This document shows, one piece after another, positions 18,331 through 27,241 of a DNA stretch of 28,144 nucleotides; within the stretch, counting starts at the first letter, position 1, and each line of letters opens with the position of its first letter. The notes under the pieces were generated by a model. That model saw only the letters and a program-made list of their open reading frames with translations, searched no databases and was not told where the DNA came from. A program made the translations under genes and the position numbers. Origin of the DNA: an uncultured archaeon (lineage in GTDB: Archaea; Thermoproteota; EX4484-205; JAAOZP01). Location: the NCBI GenBank assembly GCA_938045545.1, contig CALIBN010000040.1, positions 1 to 28,144 of the forward strand. The letters are read 5' to 3'.

Positions 18331-21300
18331 CTAAATCCTCTCCTTAACCTTGAGCCTCGGGAAAATTCCTAGGCTCATCAACTCTTGAAGCAGAAGCTTG
18401 AACGCGTACGATATTTCGACCCTGCACACGTCTTTCCCCTTCTCGCAGATAGGACACACGTATTTCTTCTGCCTAGCATCGTAGTAGGCAAATGTTCCGC
18501 ATTTTTCGCAGACATGCACGATCGTCCTGTCGGATTCTTCGAGCAGCCTGTCTTGAAGCAGCCTGGCGGCACCGTGCCCAACGAGACAGTCTCTCTCCAT
18601 CTCTCCAAACCTTAAGCCTCCTCCTCTCGATCTCCCTTCAGTAGGCTGGTGAGTAAGCATCTGAACCTGCCCCCTGGCCCTAGCGTGCATCTTATCCTTA
18701 ACCATGTGGTGAAGCCTCTGGTAGTAAACTATCCCCATGAAAACCTTCGCCTTAAACTGTTTACCCGTGACACCGTCTATGAAGTTGAACTCGCCGTATG
18801 GGGAGAAGCCATGCTCCTCCAGAATCCTCTGAACCTCCTGCTCGGGAGCATGTATGAACGTCGTCCCATCCATCTGTCCCCCCTCTAGGGCTGCAGCTGT
18901 GCCGAAGAGGGATTCGAGAAAGTGGCTTATCGTCATTCTGGAGGGTATTGCATGCGGGTTTATCAAAGCGTCAGGAACCAGGCCGTCTTCCGTGAAAGGC
19001 ATGTCGGACTGCGGAACCAGCATTCCTACAACGCCCTTCTGCCCAGACCTGGATGCAAACTTGTCCCCTATTTCGGGAATCCTATGGTCTCTTACCCTTA
19101 CTTTTATCAGCTTATTGTTCTCAAGATCCTCGGTTATGAGAACACTGTCGACAAAGCCGCTTTCAGAAGGCTTGAGCGCCACTGAGGAGTCTCTTCTAGC
19201 CGGAGCCTGGAAAACAAGCTCCTTATATTCTTCAAAGAACCTTGGCGGGCTTGACCTTCCAACTATAACGTCCCCGCCTTTAACCTCGGCTTCAACAGAC
19301 ACTATCCCATCTTCCTCGAGCTTCGCATACGCCTCGTCACCCCTGTAGCCCCTAACCTGGGAGTCAGGCTTCTCTATCCTGTCAACCTCCCCCATCGGAT
19401 ACCTTCTTGCCTCAACCTCGTAAGACCTGTACGTGGTTGACCTTGCAAGACCACGCTGGACTGACGCGGCGTTCAAAACTATCGCGTCCTCCATGTTGTA
19501 CGGGTGTGACATCACTGCCACCAGAAAGTTTTGACCTATGGGCCTCCTATCCAGCCCTATGATCCTGTCGACCTTTGAAGCCACTAGCGGGAGCTGCGGG
19601 TAAGTAGTAACGTGGAAAGTAGTGTAGAACGAGTTGCTGATGTTGGTAAATGGGAGTCCGAGGGCCTGCTTAGCCATAGCAGCCTCGTAAGTGTTTCTGG
19701 GTGAATGGTTATGCTCCGCAAACGGGACTGAGGCTGAGACAACGCCAAAAACAAGGAGCGGGGATATTTCTAGATGAGTCGTATCCTCTCTAATATCCTT
19801 AACGGATGTTGCTATAACGGCGTTCTCCTCCTCGTCAGCATCCAGAAAATCCACTATGCCGTTGTTCACAAGGTCGTCGAAAGTTATCTTGCCGAGTGTA
19901 AGCTTAGAAACATGATCCTTCGTAAGCTTCACCAAACCGTCTTCCACAACTATTAAAGGCCTCCTGACTCTCCCAGCGTCAGCATTAATATAGATCTCCC
20001 TGACAACCCTGCCTCCATAGTTGAACTCGTAGTGTGCAACGTTTATCTCAGAAGGCAGCAGCCCCCTCCTCCTAAGATTCCTAATCTCCCTGACGAGGGC
20101 CTCGCCGGAGTAAGAGTAGCCGACTAGGATGCCGTCTAAAAATACTTTAGCAGCAGATGAACGTTCATCTGGACCAGCCTTATCAACAGTTACTAGGCCG
20201 AATTTCAAGAGTATTTTCTCGACAGCAGACTTGTCCGCTGAAACAGATATTTGTGCACCTATACTCATGTTCTTAACGAGCCCGCAGTTAACTCCCTCAG
20301 GCGTCTCATTCGGGTCAAGCTTGCCCCATTGCGTCGGATGCAGATCTCTAGCGTCGAAGTTCGACTGGCTCCTGCTCAGGGGCGACTGGACCCTGCGCAA
20401 ATGGCTTAGGACAGACAGGTAGTTCGTCCTGTCCAAGAGCTGAGTAACCCCGACCAGCCTCTTACCCCAGTTACCGGTAGCCATAGCCTGGTTTATTGAG
20501 TCGGTTATCAGGCTCGTCGTGATCAGGTTTGAAAAAGAGTGAATGATTCTATGCCTCAAGCTGGATTTTTCAAGCTGGTATCTGAAGTCCCTTATCATTC
20601 TTCTGAACGCTGTTCTGAAGAGCTCAGCTAAAAGGCCTCCCGCGAGCCTAATCCTCTTATTTCTGTAGTGATCCTTGTCGTCGGGCGGCCGCCAGCCTAG
20701 TTTCATCGCTAGAACCCTCTCGGCCATCTCGCACAGGAAGAGAGCCTTAGCATACCTGGAGCCCTCATCCAGCCCTACGTGGGGGAGGAGAATCTTATCC
20801 AAAACGTTCTGAGTCTTGTTTAAACGAACCTTGTCCGACTGGCCGTAGGCAACCCTGTTGCCAATATACATTATAGCGTCATCCTTGCTTAAGATGTTCT
20901 GTGCAGCGTCGAAAGATGGTGCTAAAAGCTCCTGCACCTCTGGGAAAGGTGAAACACGCTCGGCAATATCCTTGTCCGACTCCATCCCTAGGGCTTTCAG
21001 CATTATGATGAAGGGAACCTCCTGTCCTACGCCTGGAAGATACACTTTCAACTCATTGCTTTGGCCTTTCAGCCTGACTTCAACCCTAGTCCTGTAGCCG
21101 ACGGTTGTTGAGAAAACGCGCGCAATATAGAAGGAGTATGGGCCTATCTTCTTCTCTTCGAGGATTATCCTGTTTGGAGCAAGATCCTCAACACCAACTA
21201 TAACTCTTTCTGAACCGTTAATTATAAAGTAGCCTCCCGGATCGCAAGGATCCTCTCCGAGCTTGACCCTGACCGCCGGGTCTAGGCCGGCGAGCGCGCA

Positions 21301-21684
21301 ATACCTAGAGTTAACCATTATCGGCATCTCTCCTATTAAAACCTCCTGTCTAAGCTCCCGGCCGTCCTTCAGCTCCTTAACCTCCAGGTAGATTGGGGCG
21401 GCGTAGGTGAAGTTCCTAACCCTGGCTTCCATCGGATAAATGTTTCTAACCGCGCCGCTTGGCTCAACAATCCTAGGTGCGCCAACCCACACTTTACCCA
21501 GCTCTATTCTGATAACCCTATCCTCAACAGTAACCTCAATATTCTTAACCTCGTCCACGATCTTCTGCATATCCTTATCGATGAACTCGTTGAAAGAATC
21601 AATGTGGTGTCTAGCTAGCCCGATGCTCCTCACATAGTTCTCCGCAACTATCCAGAGGTCCTCGTTGCCAAGTTCCTCAGTCAT
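18331..21684 (-). CDS. rpoB: RNA polymerase subunit B (Rpo2), unsplit
   Basis: GGYFIINGSE, ETPEG, GDKFASR.GQKG, GGLRFGEMERD and C-terminal Zn ribbon. Start set at ATG 21684. Confidence 0.97.
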   Translation of the reverse strand: MTEELGNEDLWIVAENYVRSIGLARHHIDSFNEFIDKDMQKIVDEVKNIEVTVEDRVIRIELGKVWVGAPRIVEPSGAVRNIYPMEARVRNFTYAAPIYLEVKELKDGRELRQEVLIGEMPIMVNSRYCALAGLDPAVRVKLGEDPCDPGGYFIINGSERVIVGVEDLAPNRIILEEKKIGPYSFYIARVFSTTVGYRTRVEVRLKGQSNELKVYLPGVGQEVPFIIMLKALGMESDKDIAERVSPFPEVQELLAPSFDAAQNILSKDDAIMYIGNRVAYGQSDKVRLNKTQNVLDKILLPHVGLDEGSRYAKALFLCEMAERVLAMKLGWRPPDDKDHYRNKRIRLAGGLLAELFRTAFRRMIRDFRYQLEKSSLRHRIIHSFSNLITTSLITDSINQAMATGNWGKRLVGVTQLLDRTNYLSVLSHLRRVQSPLSRSQSNFDARDLHPTQWGKLDPNETPEGVNCGLVKNMSIGAQISVSADKSAVEKILLKFGLVTVDKAGPDERSSAAKVFLDGILVGYSYSGEALVREIRNLRRRGLLPSEINVAHYEFNYGGRVVREIYINADAGRVRRPLIVVEDGLVKLTKDHVSKLTLGKITFDDLVNNGIVDFLDADEEENAVIATSVKDIREDTTHLEISPLLVFGVVSASVPFAEHNHSPRNTYEAAMAKQALGLPFTNISNSFYTTFHVTTYPQLPLVASKVDRIIGLDRRPIGQNFLVAVMSHPYNMEDAIVLNAASVQRGLARSTTYRSYEVEARRYPMGEVDRIEKPDSQVRGYRGDEAYAKLEEDGIVSVEAEVKGGDVIVGRSSPPRFFEEYKELVFQAPARRDSSVALKPSESGFVDSVLITEDLENNKLIKVRVRDHRIPEIGDKFASRSGQKGVVGMLVPQSDMPFTEDGLVPDALINPHAIPSRMTISHFLESLFGTAAALEGGQMDGTTFIHAPEQEVQRILEEHGFSPYGEFNFIDGVTGKQFKAKVFMGIVYYQRLHHMVKDKMHARARGQVQMLTHQPTEGRSRGGGLRFGEMERDCLVGHGAARLLQDRLLEESDRTIVHVCEKCGTFAYYDARQKKYVCPICEKGKDVCRVEISYAFKLLLQELMSLGIFPRLKVKERI

Positions 21685-21697
21685 GCTGTTCAAAAGC

Positions 21698-21955
21698 TTA
21701 ACCCTCCACCACGATGCGGTAGGCCAAGGTTACACCGGCAACCGGACTCTTCCTGGTTATTTCAAGAATGTCCCCGGGTTTAGCGCCTATTGCGACGGCC
21801 ACAGGGTCGCTGGCGAGGATCTTGGGAAGCTGGGAAGGCTTTATATTGTACTTTCTAAGGAGCATCTCCCTTTCCTCGCTCGACAAAACCTTGTGAGAAG
21901 GCACTAAAACATGTTCGAGTATGTTCACTTTACTAATGTTTTTCTTACTAACCAA
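21698..21955 (-). CDS. rpoH: RNA polymerase subunit H (Rpo5)
   Basis: [17 protein letters not shown] and RKSPVAG...YR. Confidence 0.96.
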   Translation of the reverse strand: MVSKKNISKVNILEHVLVPSHKVLSSEEREMLLRKYNIKPSQLPKILASDPVAVAIGAKPGDILEITRKSPVAGVTLAYRIVVEG

Positions 21956-22088
21956 GCGATTTCGTCAGGATAGCGAAAAAGGGGGTAATAAACGTTTCCC
22001 CCGTTTTCCGAGCATCAGGGATAACAGGCTGAGAAAAGCCTAAAAACCTATTTTAGAGGCCCGGTGCGCATGCCTGAAGCGGAAAGTG

Positions 22089-22103
22089 GAAAAAGTTAAA
22101 AAA
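22089..22103 (+). promoter_or_regulatory. BRE/TATA-like promoter of tRNA-Tyr
   Basis: GAAAAAG-TTAAAAAA, about 25-30 nt upstream of tRNA position 1. Confidence 0.55.
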
Positions 22104-22115
22104 CACCCTTATGAA

Positions 22116-22133
22116 TGAGAATCCAGCCCGCGG
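22116..22133 (+). repeat. 18-bp direct repeat of the tRNA-Tyr 3' splice junction/T-arm (other copy 22259-22276)
   Basis: TGAGAATCCAGCCCGCGG occurs at both positions. Confidence 0.9.
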
Positions 22134-22164
22134 TAGCTCAGCCTGGTAGAGCTTCCGGCTGTAG

Positions 22165-22210
22165 TCCTCCACCTCGAGTGGAGGCGTCTCAGCCTACCGG
22201 GCGAACAGAA
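22165..22210 (+). other. tRNA-Tyr intron 1 (46 nt, position 37/38)
   Basis: CTGT(32-35) pairs with ACAG (22205-22208); 3' bulge AA|A; internal hairpin CCTCCAC/GTGGAGG. Confidence 0.85.
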
Positions 22211-22232
22211 ACCGGAGTGTCGCTGGTTCAAA

Positions 22233-22264
22233 GGGATGGCGGGAAGAAACTGCCATCCTGAGAA
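22233..22264 (+). other. tRNA-Tyr intron 2 (32 nt, T-loop position 59/60)
   Basis: Strict BHB: TTCA/TGAG helix, bulges AA|G and AA|T, outer helix GGATGGCGG/CTGCCATCC. Removal restores TTCAAAT. Confidence 0.9.
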
Positions 22265-22401
22265 TCCAGCCCGCGGGACTTTTTGGAAGAAAGATCCTTT
22301 AAGCCCCAGCGTGGCTTAGCCTTGGAGGTTGAAGGCTGTTTAATGGCTGAATAAGATGGAACATTAATGCTTAAATACTGTTATGAAGGGCGCTTCCAGA
22401 G

Positions 22402-22725
22402 ATGACGCGGACTGGAAAGGCTCAAGAAGTGTTTAAGGCAAGGGTTTTCGAAGCGTTTAGTGACCCAGCTAGGCTGAAGATAGTTGACTTTCTGAGAGAC
22501 GGTGGGAAATGCGTCAGCGAGATAGCTGAGAAAACAGGGATCCTTCAGCCATCGGTTTCCCGGCATTTGAAGATTCTTAAGGAGTGTGGAATAGTTAAGG
22601 AGAGTAAGCTTGGGAGCAAGAGGGTCTACAGGATTACTGATCCCAGAATATTCAGAATTGTCGACTCGCTAGATCCCCGTCTAGAGGAGAGTTTGAAAAA
22701 GCAGATTTATGAGAGCATTCTTTAA
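22402..22725 (+). CDS. ArsR/SmtB-family transcriptional regulator
   Basis: FEAFSDPARLKI..L...KCVSEIA...QPSVSRHLKILKECGIV. Confidence 0.92.
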   Translation: MTRTGKAQEVFKARVFEAFSDPARLKIVDFLRDGGKCVSEIAEKTGILQPSVSRHLKILKECGIVKESKLGSKRVYRITDPRIFRIVDSLDPRLEESLKKQIYESIL

Positions 22726-22957
22726 TTCCTGCACATCGGGTAGCCCTGTACGTAAAACCTGAGGTCCTGTTTTCCATTTCAACCTTCAATTCCCCAGATT
22801 ACTAACTGGGGCGGCGCGATCAATCCGCCGTCATCCGAGAATGTTGAGCCGACTTCTCTCTTCTCGCACGGGCGGAAAACATGGATGACTTGGCAATATG
22901 GGACACCGGATGAGAGTGAGGAAAGCGTGTGCTTCGCCATAAATGAAAATATCTCTA

Positions 22958-23521
22958 TTATGCTTTCCACCATTTTGAAACCAAGTATTTAACACTGTTC
23001 TCATCCGGGTCAGAGATCGCGAAGACGAACAGTTTTTTAACAGAGGTAGCGAGCCTTCCTGCTCTGACGAAGTCCGGAGCATCTATCTTATCCCTCTTCC
23101 TCTTAACCTCCAGTATTGCTGGCGCATGGTCTATTCCTGGGCCGTGCTCGTAGATCGCGAAGTCGCATCCGAATTTAATGCCTGGCGTAACTATAAATCC
23201 CCTGTTCCTCAGATCCCTGTAGACTATAAACTTGCTTTTAAAATCCTCATGAATCCTTGATGCTATCCTGAGCAGCTGGTCGGAAGAAACCTCCCGGTCA
23301 TCCTTGTCTACAACCCTTATAATCCCTTTCTCCAAAAGATACATTCCCTCGAAAAGGTCGAGCGTAAGTGGGGCGTTGAAGTTCGAGTCTTTCGGCTTAG
23401 GTATCCCCACAGGTTTCCCGAAGAACCCCATGCGGTAGACTTCTTGAGAATGCTCAATGTTCCATATTAGTAGACGGTCGCCGACGAGTTCAGCAGTTAT
23501 CTTCGCCTGCCCTCCTTCCAA
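22958..23521 (-). CDS. endA: tRNA-splicing endonuclease, catalytic subunit
   Basis: VYRDLRNRG, GIKFGCDFAIY, GPGIDHA and RLATSVKK (Tyr/His/Lys triad). Confidence 0.95.
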   Translation of the reverse strand: MEGGQAKITAELVGDRLLIWNIEHSQEVYRMGFFGKPVGIPKPKDSNFNAPLTLDLFEGMYLLEKGIIRVVDKDDREVSSDQLLRIASRIHEDFKSKFIVYRDLRNRGFIVTPGIKFGCDFAIYEHGPGIDHAPAILEVKRKRDKIDAPDFVRAGRLATSVKKLFVFAISDPDENSVKYLVSKWWKA

Positions 23522-23536
23522 TTTTCAAACCCCCTA

Positions 23537-24196
23537 CTAGAATACGCTTAAGGAAAGTACTCTAGCCGCATCAGCAGCGTCCGCAGCCCTGTCCACAACC
23601 TCCTCGATGAGGTTTGCAACATCCTTAAGGAGAAGGATTGTCGAAACATCCGCCTTTGAAAAAATTATTTTTATCTCCAGGCTTCTGAACAGGCTGTCAA
23701 TCTCCTTCTCATACGCCTCAACGCTCCTGGCGAACTCCTGTATTTTCGAGGTTTCGAACCCTAGCGTGAAAATAACTTCCCTAAGCTTCATAACGGTTTC
23801 AAGAGTTTTTGCAACAAGCTCTTTAAACCCTTCCCTCAGACTCTTCTCAATAAGCTTCTTCCTGAGGAAGAATTCTCTAAGCCTGAACACGATTCCTTCG
23901 CACAAATCAGGTATTCCTGTTAACGGTGATGCTAGCCTCAGGAAATCCTCCCTGCTAGCCATTATTGCTCCCGCTTCAACGAGCTCGTTGGCCAGTGTTC
24001 TCTCGGTCTCTATCGACTTATTCTTGAGAATGCTTATGTTTGTCAAGGCTTCGTCGAGCTTCGAAGTGTCGCCTTCCAGGCAAGCCGTAACAAGGTTATT
24101 GACTTCTCTAACAGAATCAACAGCGTATCTGGCTAGCTCCTGGCATGTTTGAAGGAGCTGCCTCTTAAGCCTAAGGGTTGTCTCGGTGGGGTACAT
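23537..24196 (-). CDS. DUF47/PhoU-like phosphate transport regulator
   Basis: All-helical; REDFLRL, EKEIDSL and IEEVVDRAADAAD repeat motifs. Confidence 0.75.
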   Translation of the reverse strand: MYPTETTLRLKRQLLQTCQELARYAVDSVREVNNLVTACLEGDTSKLDEALTNISILKNKSIETERTLANELVEAGAIMASREDFLRLASPLTGIPDLCEGIVFRLREFFLRKKLIEKSLREGFKELVAKTLETVMKLREVIFTLGFETSKIQEFARSVEAYEKEIDSLFRSLEIKIIFSKADVSTILLLKDVANLIEEVVDRAADAADAARVLSLSVF

Positions 24197-24306
24197 CTTT
24201 CAGACTGTCCTGCCTTGCTGTAGTAGTATTGTCATCCGAAGTTTTAAGCTTTTCAGGCCTTCTTCAACCCGTGGATATATACGTCTGTTAGCCATTTTTA
24301 ATCGGG

Positions 24307-25815
24307 TTAAACATCCGGCTTAGGGGATGAGAGCAGTTTGGAAAGCTCCGCGTGAAGGCTCCCTATTTCTATTCTCCTCTGCTCTCTAGTGTCCCTAAAC
24401 CTAAGGGTTACACTGTTGTCTGAGAAAGTCTGGTGGTCAATGGTGACTGCAAACGGTATGCCTATCTCATCCGACCTCGCATACCTACGGCCAATACTTC
24501 CAGAATCGTCAAAATTAACCTTGAAATCTCCAAGCATCCTTGCAACTTCTGCGGCCTTCTTCACGAAATCCGGCTTAGAAAGCAGTGGGAAAACTGAAAC
24601 GTCGAAAGGCGAGAGGTATGGGGGGGTTGAGAGGCGTATGCGCCCATCCTCCTCAATCCTCAAACTGTATTCTAGGAGAGCGTAGAGAAGCCTTTCAGCC
24701 CCAAAGCTGGGCTCAACCACGTGTGGCACCATCCTCCTGCCTGAGGAGGATATGAAAACATTCATGTCCTCGCCGCTCACCCTCATGTGGCCCGAGAGAT
24801 CGAAGTCGGTACGGTATGCGAACCCAGCGACCTCAGTCCATCCCCATGATTCCAGCAGCACTTCACAGTCGAAGAGCTGTTTAGCGTAGTGCGCCCTCTC
24901 GCTGGGAAGCTTCTCCCTAAACCTGAAGGCTTCTTCAGGGATCTTAAGCGCCTCCAGAAACCTCTTTGTTAAAACAAGGAAGAATGGAAGCCAGTTGCTG
25001 CTGAATAAACCGGTTTCAACCCCGTCTCTAACCCTTATTTTTCTAAAGCCTGTAACACCCTTCTCCTGATCCTCCGCGGTGAGAACAGGGATTTCGTGCT
25101 CCAAATAGTTTTCCTCAGAGGGCCCGGGGTTAGAGTCGGGGTCGAAGAAGAACTCCACCTCCATTATCGTGAACTCCCTCAGCCTTATTGGTCCCTGTCT
25201 GGGTGAAACCTCGTTTCTGAAAACCCGGCCTACCTGGGCAACCCCCATGGGTAGGCTTGACCTTCCGTGAACGTAAAGCCTCTTGAACTCTGTGAATATT
25301 CCCTGCGCGGTCTCAGGTCGAAGATAACCGATCTCTCCAGTTCCCGCGCCTATTTCAGTCTTAAACATCAGCAGCCACTGGAATGCTTTAGAGAAATCAC
25401 CTTTGCAGTTCGGGCATTTAACACCCTTGGTGGAAACAATCTCGTCGATCTGCTGTAGCGAGGCTCCTTCAGGAATGGGGATTCCAGCCTCGCTTAGAAG
25501 ATGGTCTGCTCTGAAAACCGCGGCGCACTTCTCGCACTTCAAAGCCTTATCCGTGAACTGGGACTCGTGCCCTGATGCAACGTAGACAGGCCTGGGACCT
25601 ATTACCGGGGACTCTATTATCTGAAAGTTTCTAGAGTAGACAAAGTATTTTATCCAAAGGTTTTCCAGGCGCCTCTTAATCTCGAAGCCAATATTGCCCA
25701 AGGTAAGTAGCCCTCTAACCCCGCCGTATATCTCGTACGAGGGCCAGAATATGCCCCGCCGCTTCGCCAATTCCACCAGAACATCCGTCTTTCTCTGCTG
25801 CTTCGATGCTGGCAA
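24307..25815 (-). CDS. glyS: Glycyl-tRNA synthetase (alpha2, archaeal/eukaryotic type)
   Basis: YEIYGG, YLRPETAQG, FRNEVSPRQG.IRLREF, PHVVEPSFG and SIGRRYARSDEIG. Confidence 0.96.
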   Translation of the reverse strand: MPASKQQRKTDVLVELAKRRGIFWPSYEIYGGVRGLLTLGNIGFEIKRRLENLWIKYFVYSRNFQIIESPVIGPRPVYVASGHESQFTDKALKCEKCAAVFRADHLLSEAGIPIPEGASLQQIDEIVSTKGVKCPNCKGDFSKAFQWLLMFKTEIGAGTGEIGYLRPETAQGIFTEFKRLYVHGRSSLPMGVAQVGRVFRNEVSPRQGPIRLREFTIMEVEFFFDPDSNPGPSEENYLEHEIPVLTAEDQEKGVTGFRKIRVRDGVETGLFSSNWLPFFLVLTKRFLEALKIPEEAFRFREKLPSERAHYAKQLFDCEVLLESWGWTEVAGFAYRTDFDLSGHMRVSGEDMNVFISSSGRRMVPHVVEPSFGAERLLYALLEYSLRIEEDGRIRLSTPPYLSPFDVSVFPLLSKPDFVKKAAEVARMLGDFKVNFDDSGSIGRRYARSDEIGIPFAVTIDHQTFSDNSVTLRFRDTREQRRIEIGSLHAELSKLLSSPKPDV

Positions 25816-25866
25816 AGTCTTTCCCCGAAAAGGCTTAACGTCTAATAAACCTTATGTTCAAGAACC

Positions 25867-26229
25867 TTAGAAAAGGGGCAGATTTCCAGTAACCCTGTTC
25901 ATCAACTCCTCGGGGGCAGGCCCCAGTCCCAGACAGGTTACCGTGCCCGGCTCAAGCTCTGTGAGACCCATGTCTGAAACCAGGTAGGCGGGTATGCCCT
26001 CGTTCGAAGCCGCCTCCTTGAGCCTTATCAACTCTTCGAGAGAACCTGTTTTCAAGACGACCTTCTTCTGGCCTTCTTCAAGCCACTCTCTAAGCCACTC
26101 TGGCTTAAGGCGTCGAGCCTCCTCAGCGGCTGAAACCGCTGCATGAGCCACTTGAACACATGTTTTTCCGCATGACATTCTAAGATCCGTCCTGACCACT
26201 ATGCACTGTTTAAACCTGAAGCTTTTCAT
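25867..26229 (-). CDS. pth2: Peptidyl-tRNA hydrolase Pth2
   Basis: [28 protein letters not shown] and [13 protein letters not shown]. Start set at ATG 26229. Confidence 0.95.
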   Translation of the reverse strand: MKSFRFKQCIVVRTDLRMSCGKTCVQVAHAAVSAAEEARRLKPEWLREWLEEGQKKVVLKTGSLEELIRLKEAASNEGIPAYLVSDMGLTELEPGTVTCLGLGPAPEELMNRVTGNLPLF

Positions 26230-26317
26230 GCTTACCAAGAACCTGGAAGACGGATAAAAAGGTTGCATACACTGGGAACCGGTAAGCTTATTAACCGGTT
26301 TCCGTCGCAGCCCTCAC

Positions 26318-26479
26318 ATGGTTACGTGCACATCCTGCGGCAGGCCAATAGACCCCTATGAGAGATACGTGAAGTTTACATGCTTCAACTGTGGAGAAGT
26401 GACTTTATGGCGGTGTGAGAAATGCAGGACTTTCGCGAGAGAGCTTAAATGCCCTAAATGCGGCTACGTTATGCCTTAA
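26318..26479 (+). CDS. Small Zn-ribbon protein (DUF1610/HVO_2753-like), 53 aa
   Basis: Below track cutoff. MVTCTSCGRPIDPYERYVKFTCFNCGEVTLWRCEKCRTFARELKCPKCGYVMP has four CxxC motifs and sits in the usual position upstream of EF-1beta. Confidence 0.9.
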   Translation: MVTCTSCGRPIDPYERYVKFTCFNCGEVTLWRCEKCRTFARELKCPKCGYVMP

Positions 26480-26623
26480 GCAGATTGTTTTATATTTTTG
26501 ATTAGAATCACGGGTTGAGAAAAACTTTATATATGAAGCCGGGAACACTGAGCTGAAACCTATGCTGCATGAGAGAACAATTAGGCTTATAATCCGGTTA
26601 CTCTGGAAAAAGGGTGGCTGAAA

Positions 26624-26911
26624 ATGAAGCAGATAGTGTACACTTTAAGGGTCTTCCCCAGAGAGGAGATGGCTGACCTAGAACAGCTTCTGAAGAGGAT
26701 AGGCGAGAACCTTAAGAGTGGAAGGATCGTCGCATCCCAGACTGCAGATTTCTTCTTCGGAATGAAGGTTCTTCTCGTGAACATAGAGGCCCCTGAGGTT
26801 GACGGAATATCCGACAAGATTGAGAGCGAGATTAAAAGCACCCCCGGGGTTTCAGACATGGAGATACTGATGGTGAGCAGGAAGATAGAGGTTTGGAGGG
26901 AAGATGGTTAG
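26624..26911 (+). CDS. ef1b: Elongation factor 1-beta
   Basis: LRVFP....DL, FFGMKVL, GVSDMEILMVSR; size and synteny fit. Confidence 0.85.
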   Translation: MKQIVYTLRVFPREEMADLEQLLKRIGENLKSGRIVASQTADFFFGMKVLLVNIEAPEVDGISDKIESEIKSTPGVSDMEILMVSRKIEVWREDG

Positions 26912-27152
26912 GCCGTCAAGCAGCGAGGACAGAAGGATAATACCTCTGAGAAACTATATTTTCGACATTCTTGAGAAGAAGCGGAGCATGACTCTTTCAG
27001 AATTGCTCAGAGGCTTGGAGAAGGATGTTGGCAGAGTGAGCTTGCCGGAGGTTGAGAAAGAGCTCATGGCGATGGAAATAAGGGGGGTTATAAGGGTTTT
27101 CGCCTCAGGAAGGAAGGACCAGAGGCTGGAGTTTATAGGTTCAAAGGCGTAA
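26904..27152 (+). CDS. Small winged-helix-like hypothetical protein
   Basis: IFDILEKK.SMTLSELL...VEKELMAMEIRGVIRV pattern; overlaps the EF-1beta stop. Confidence 0.65.
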   Translation: MVRPSSSEDRRIIPLRNYIFDILEKKRSMTLSELLRGLEKDVGRVSLPEVEKELMAMEIRGVIRVFASGRKDQRLEFIGSKA

Positions 27153-27241
27153 TCCCCTGGGAAAAAGACGTTAGCCAGATACCCTGGGCCACTAGGATTA
27201 AACATCAAGGTTTAAGAATGTTGTCTGGTTAATGATTACAG

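Larger units (their letters stand above)
22127..22278 (+). tRNA. tRNA-Tyr(GTA) with two introns (37/38 and 59/60)
   Basis: Acceptor CCCGCGG/CCGCGGG (C1-G72, A73), D-stem GCTC/GAGC, anticodon stem TCCGG/CCGGA, GTA at 22161-22163, T-stem GCTGG/CCAGC. Confidence 0.92.

Noticed and set aside
22726-22957. Two small hairpins and short ORFs between arsR and endA as sRNA or gene
   Set aside because: No convincing C/D or H/ACA boxes and no recognisable protein; compatible with a convergent terminator region.
12978-25585. Many antisense or nested ORFs within rps, rpo, DUF47 and glyS genes (likewise within feoB, ileS and fen1)
   Set aside because: Shadow frames of well-supported housekeeping genes, with no motifs.
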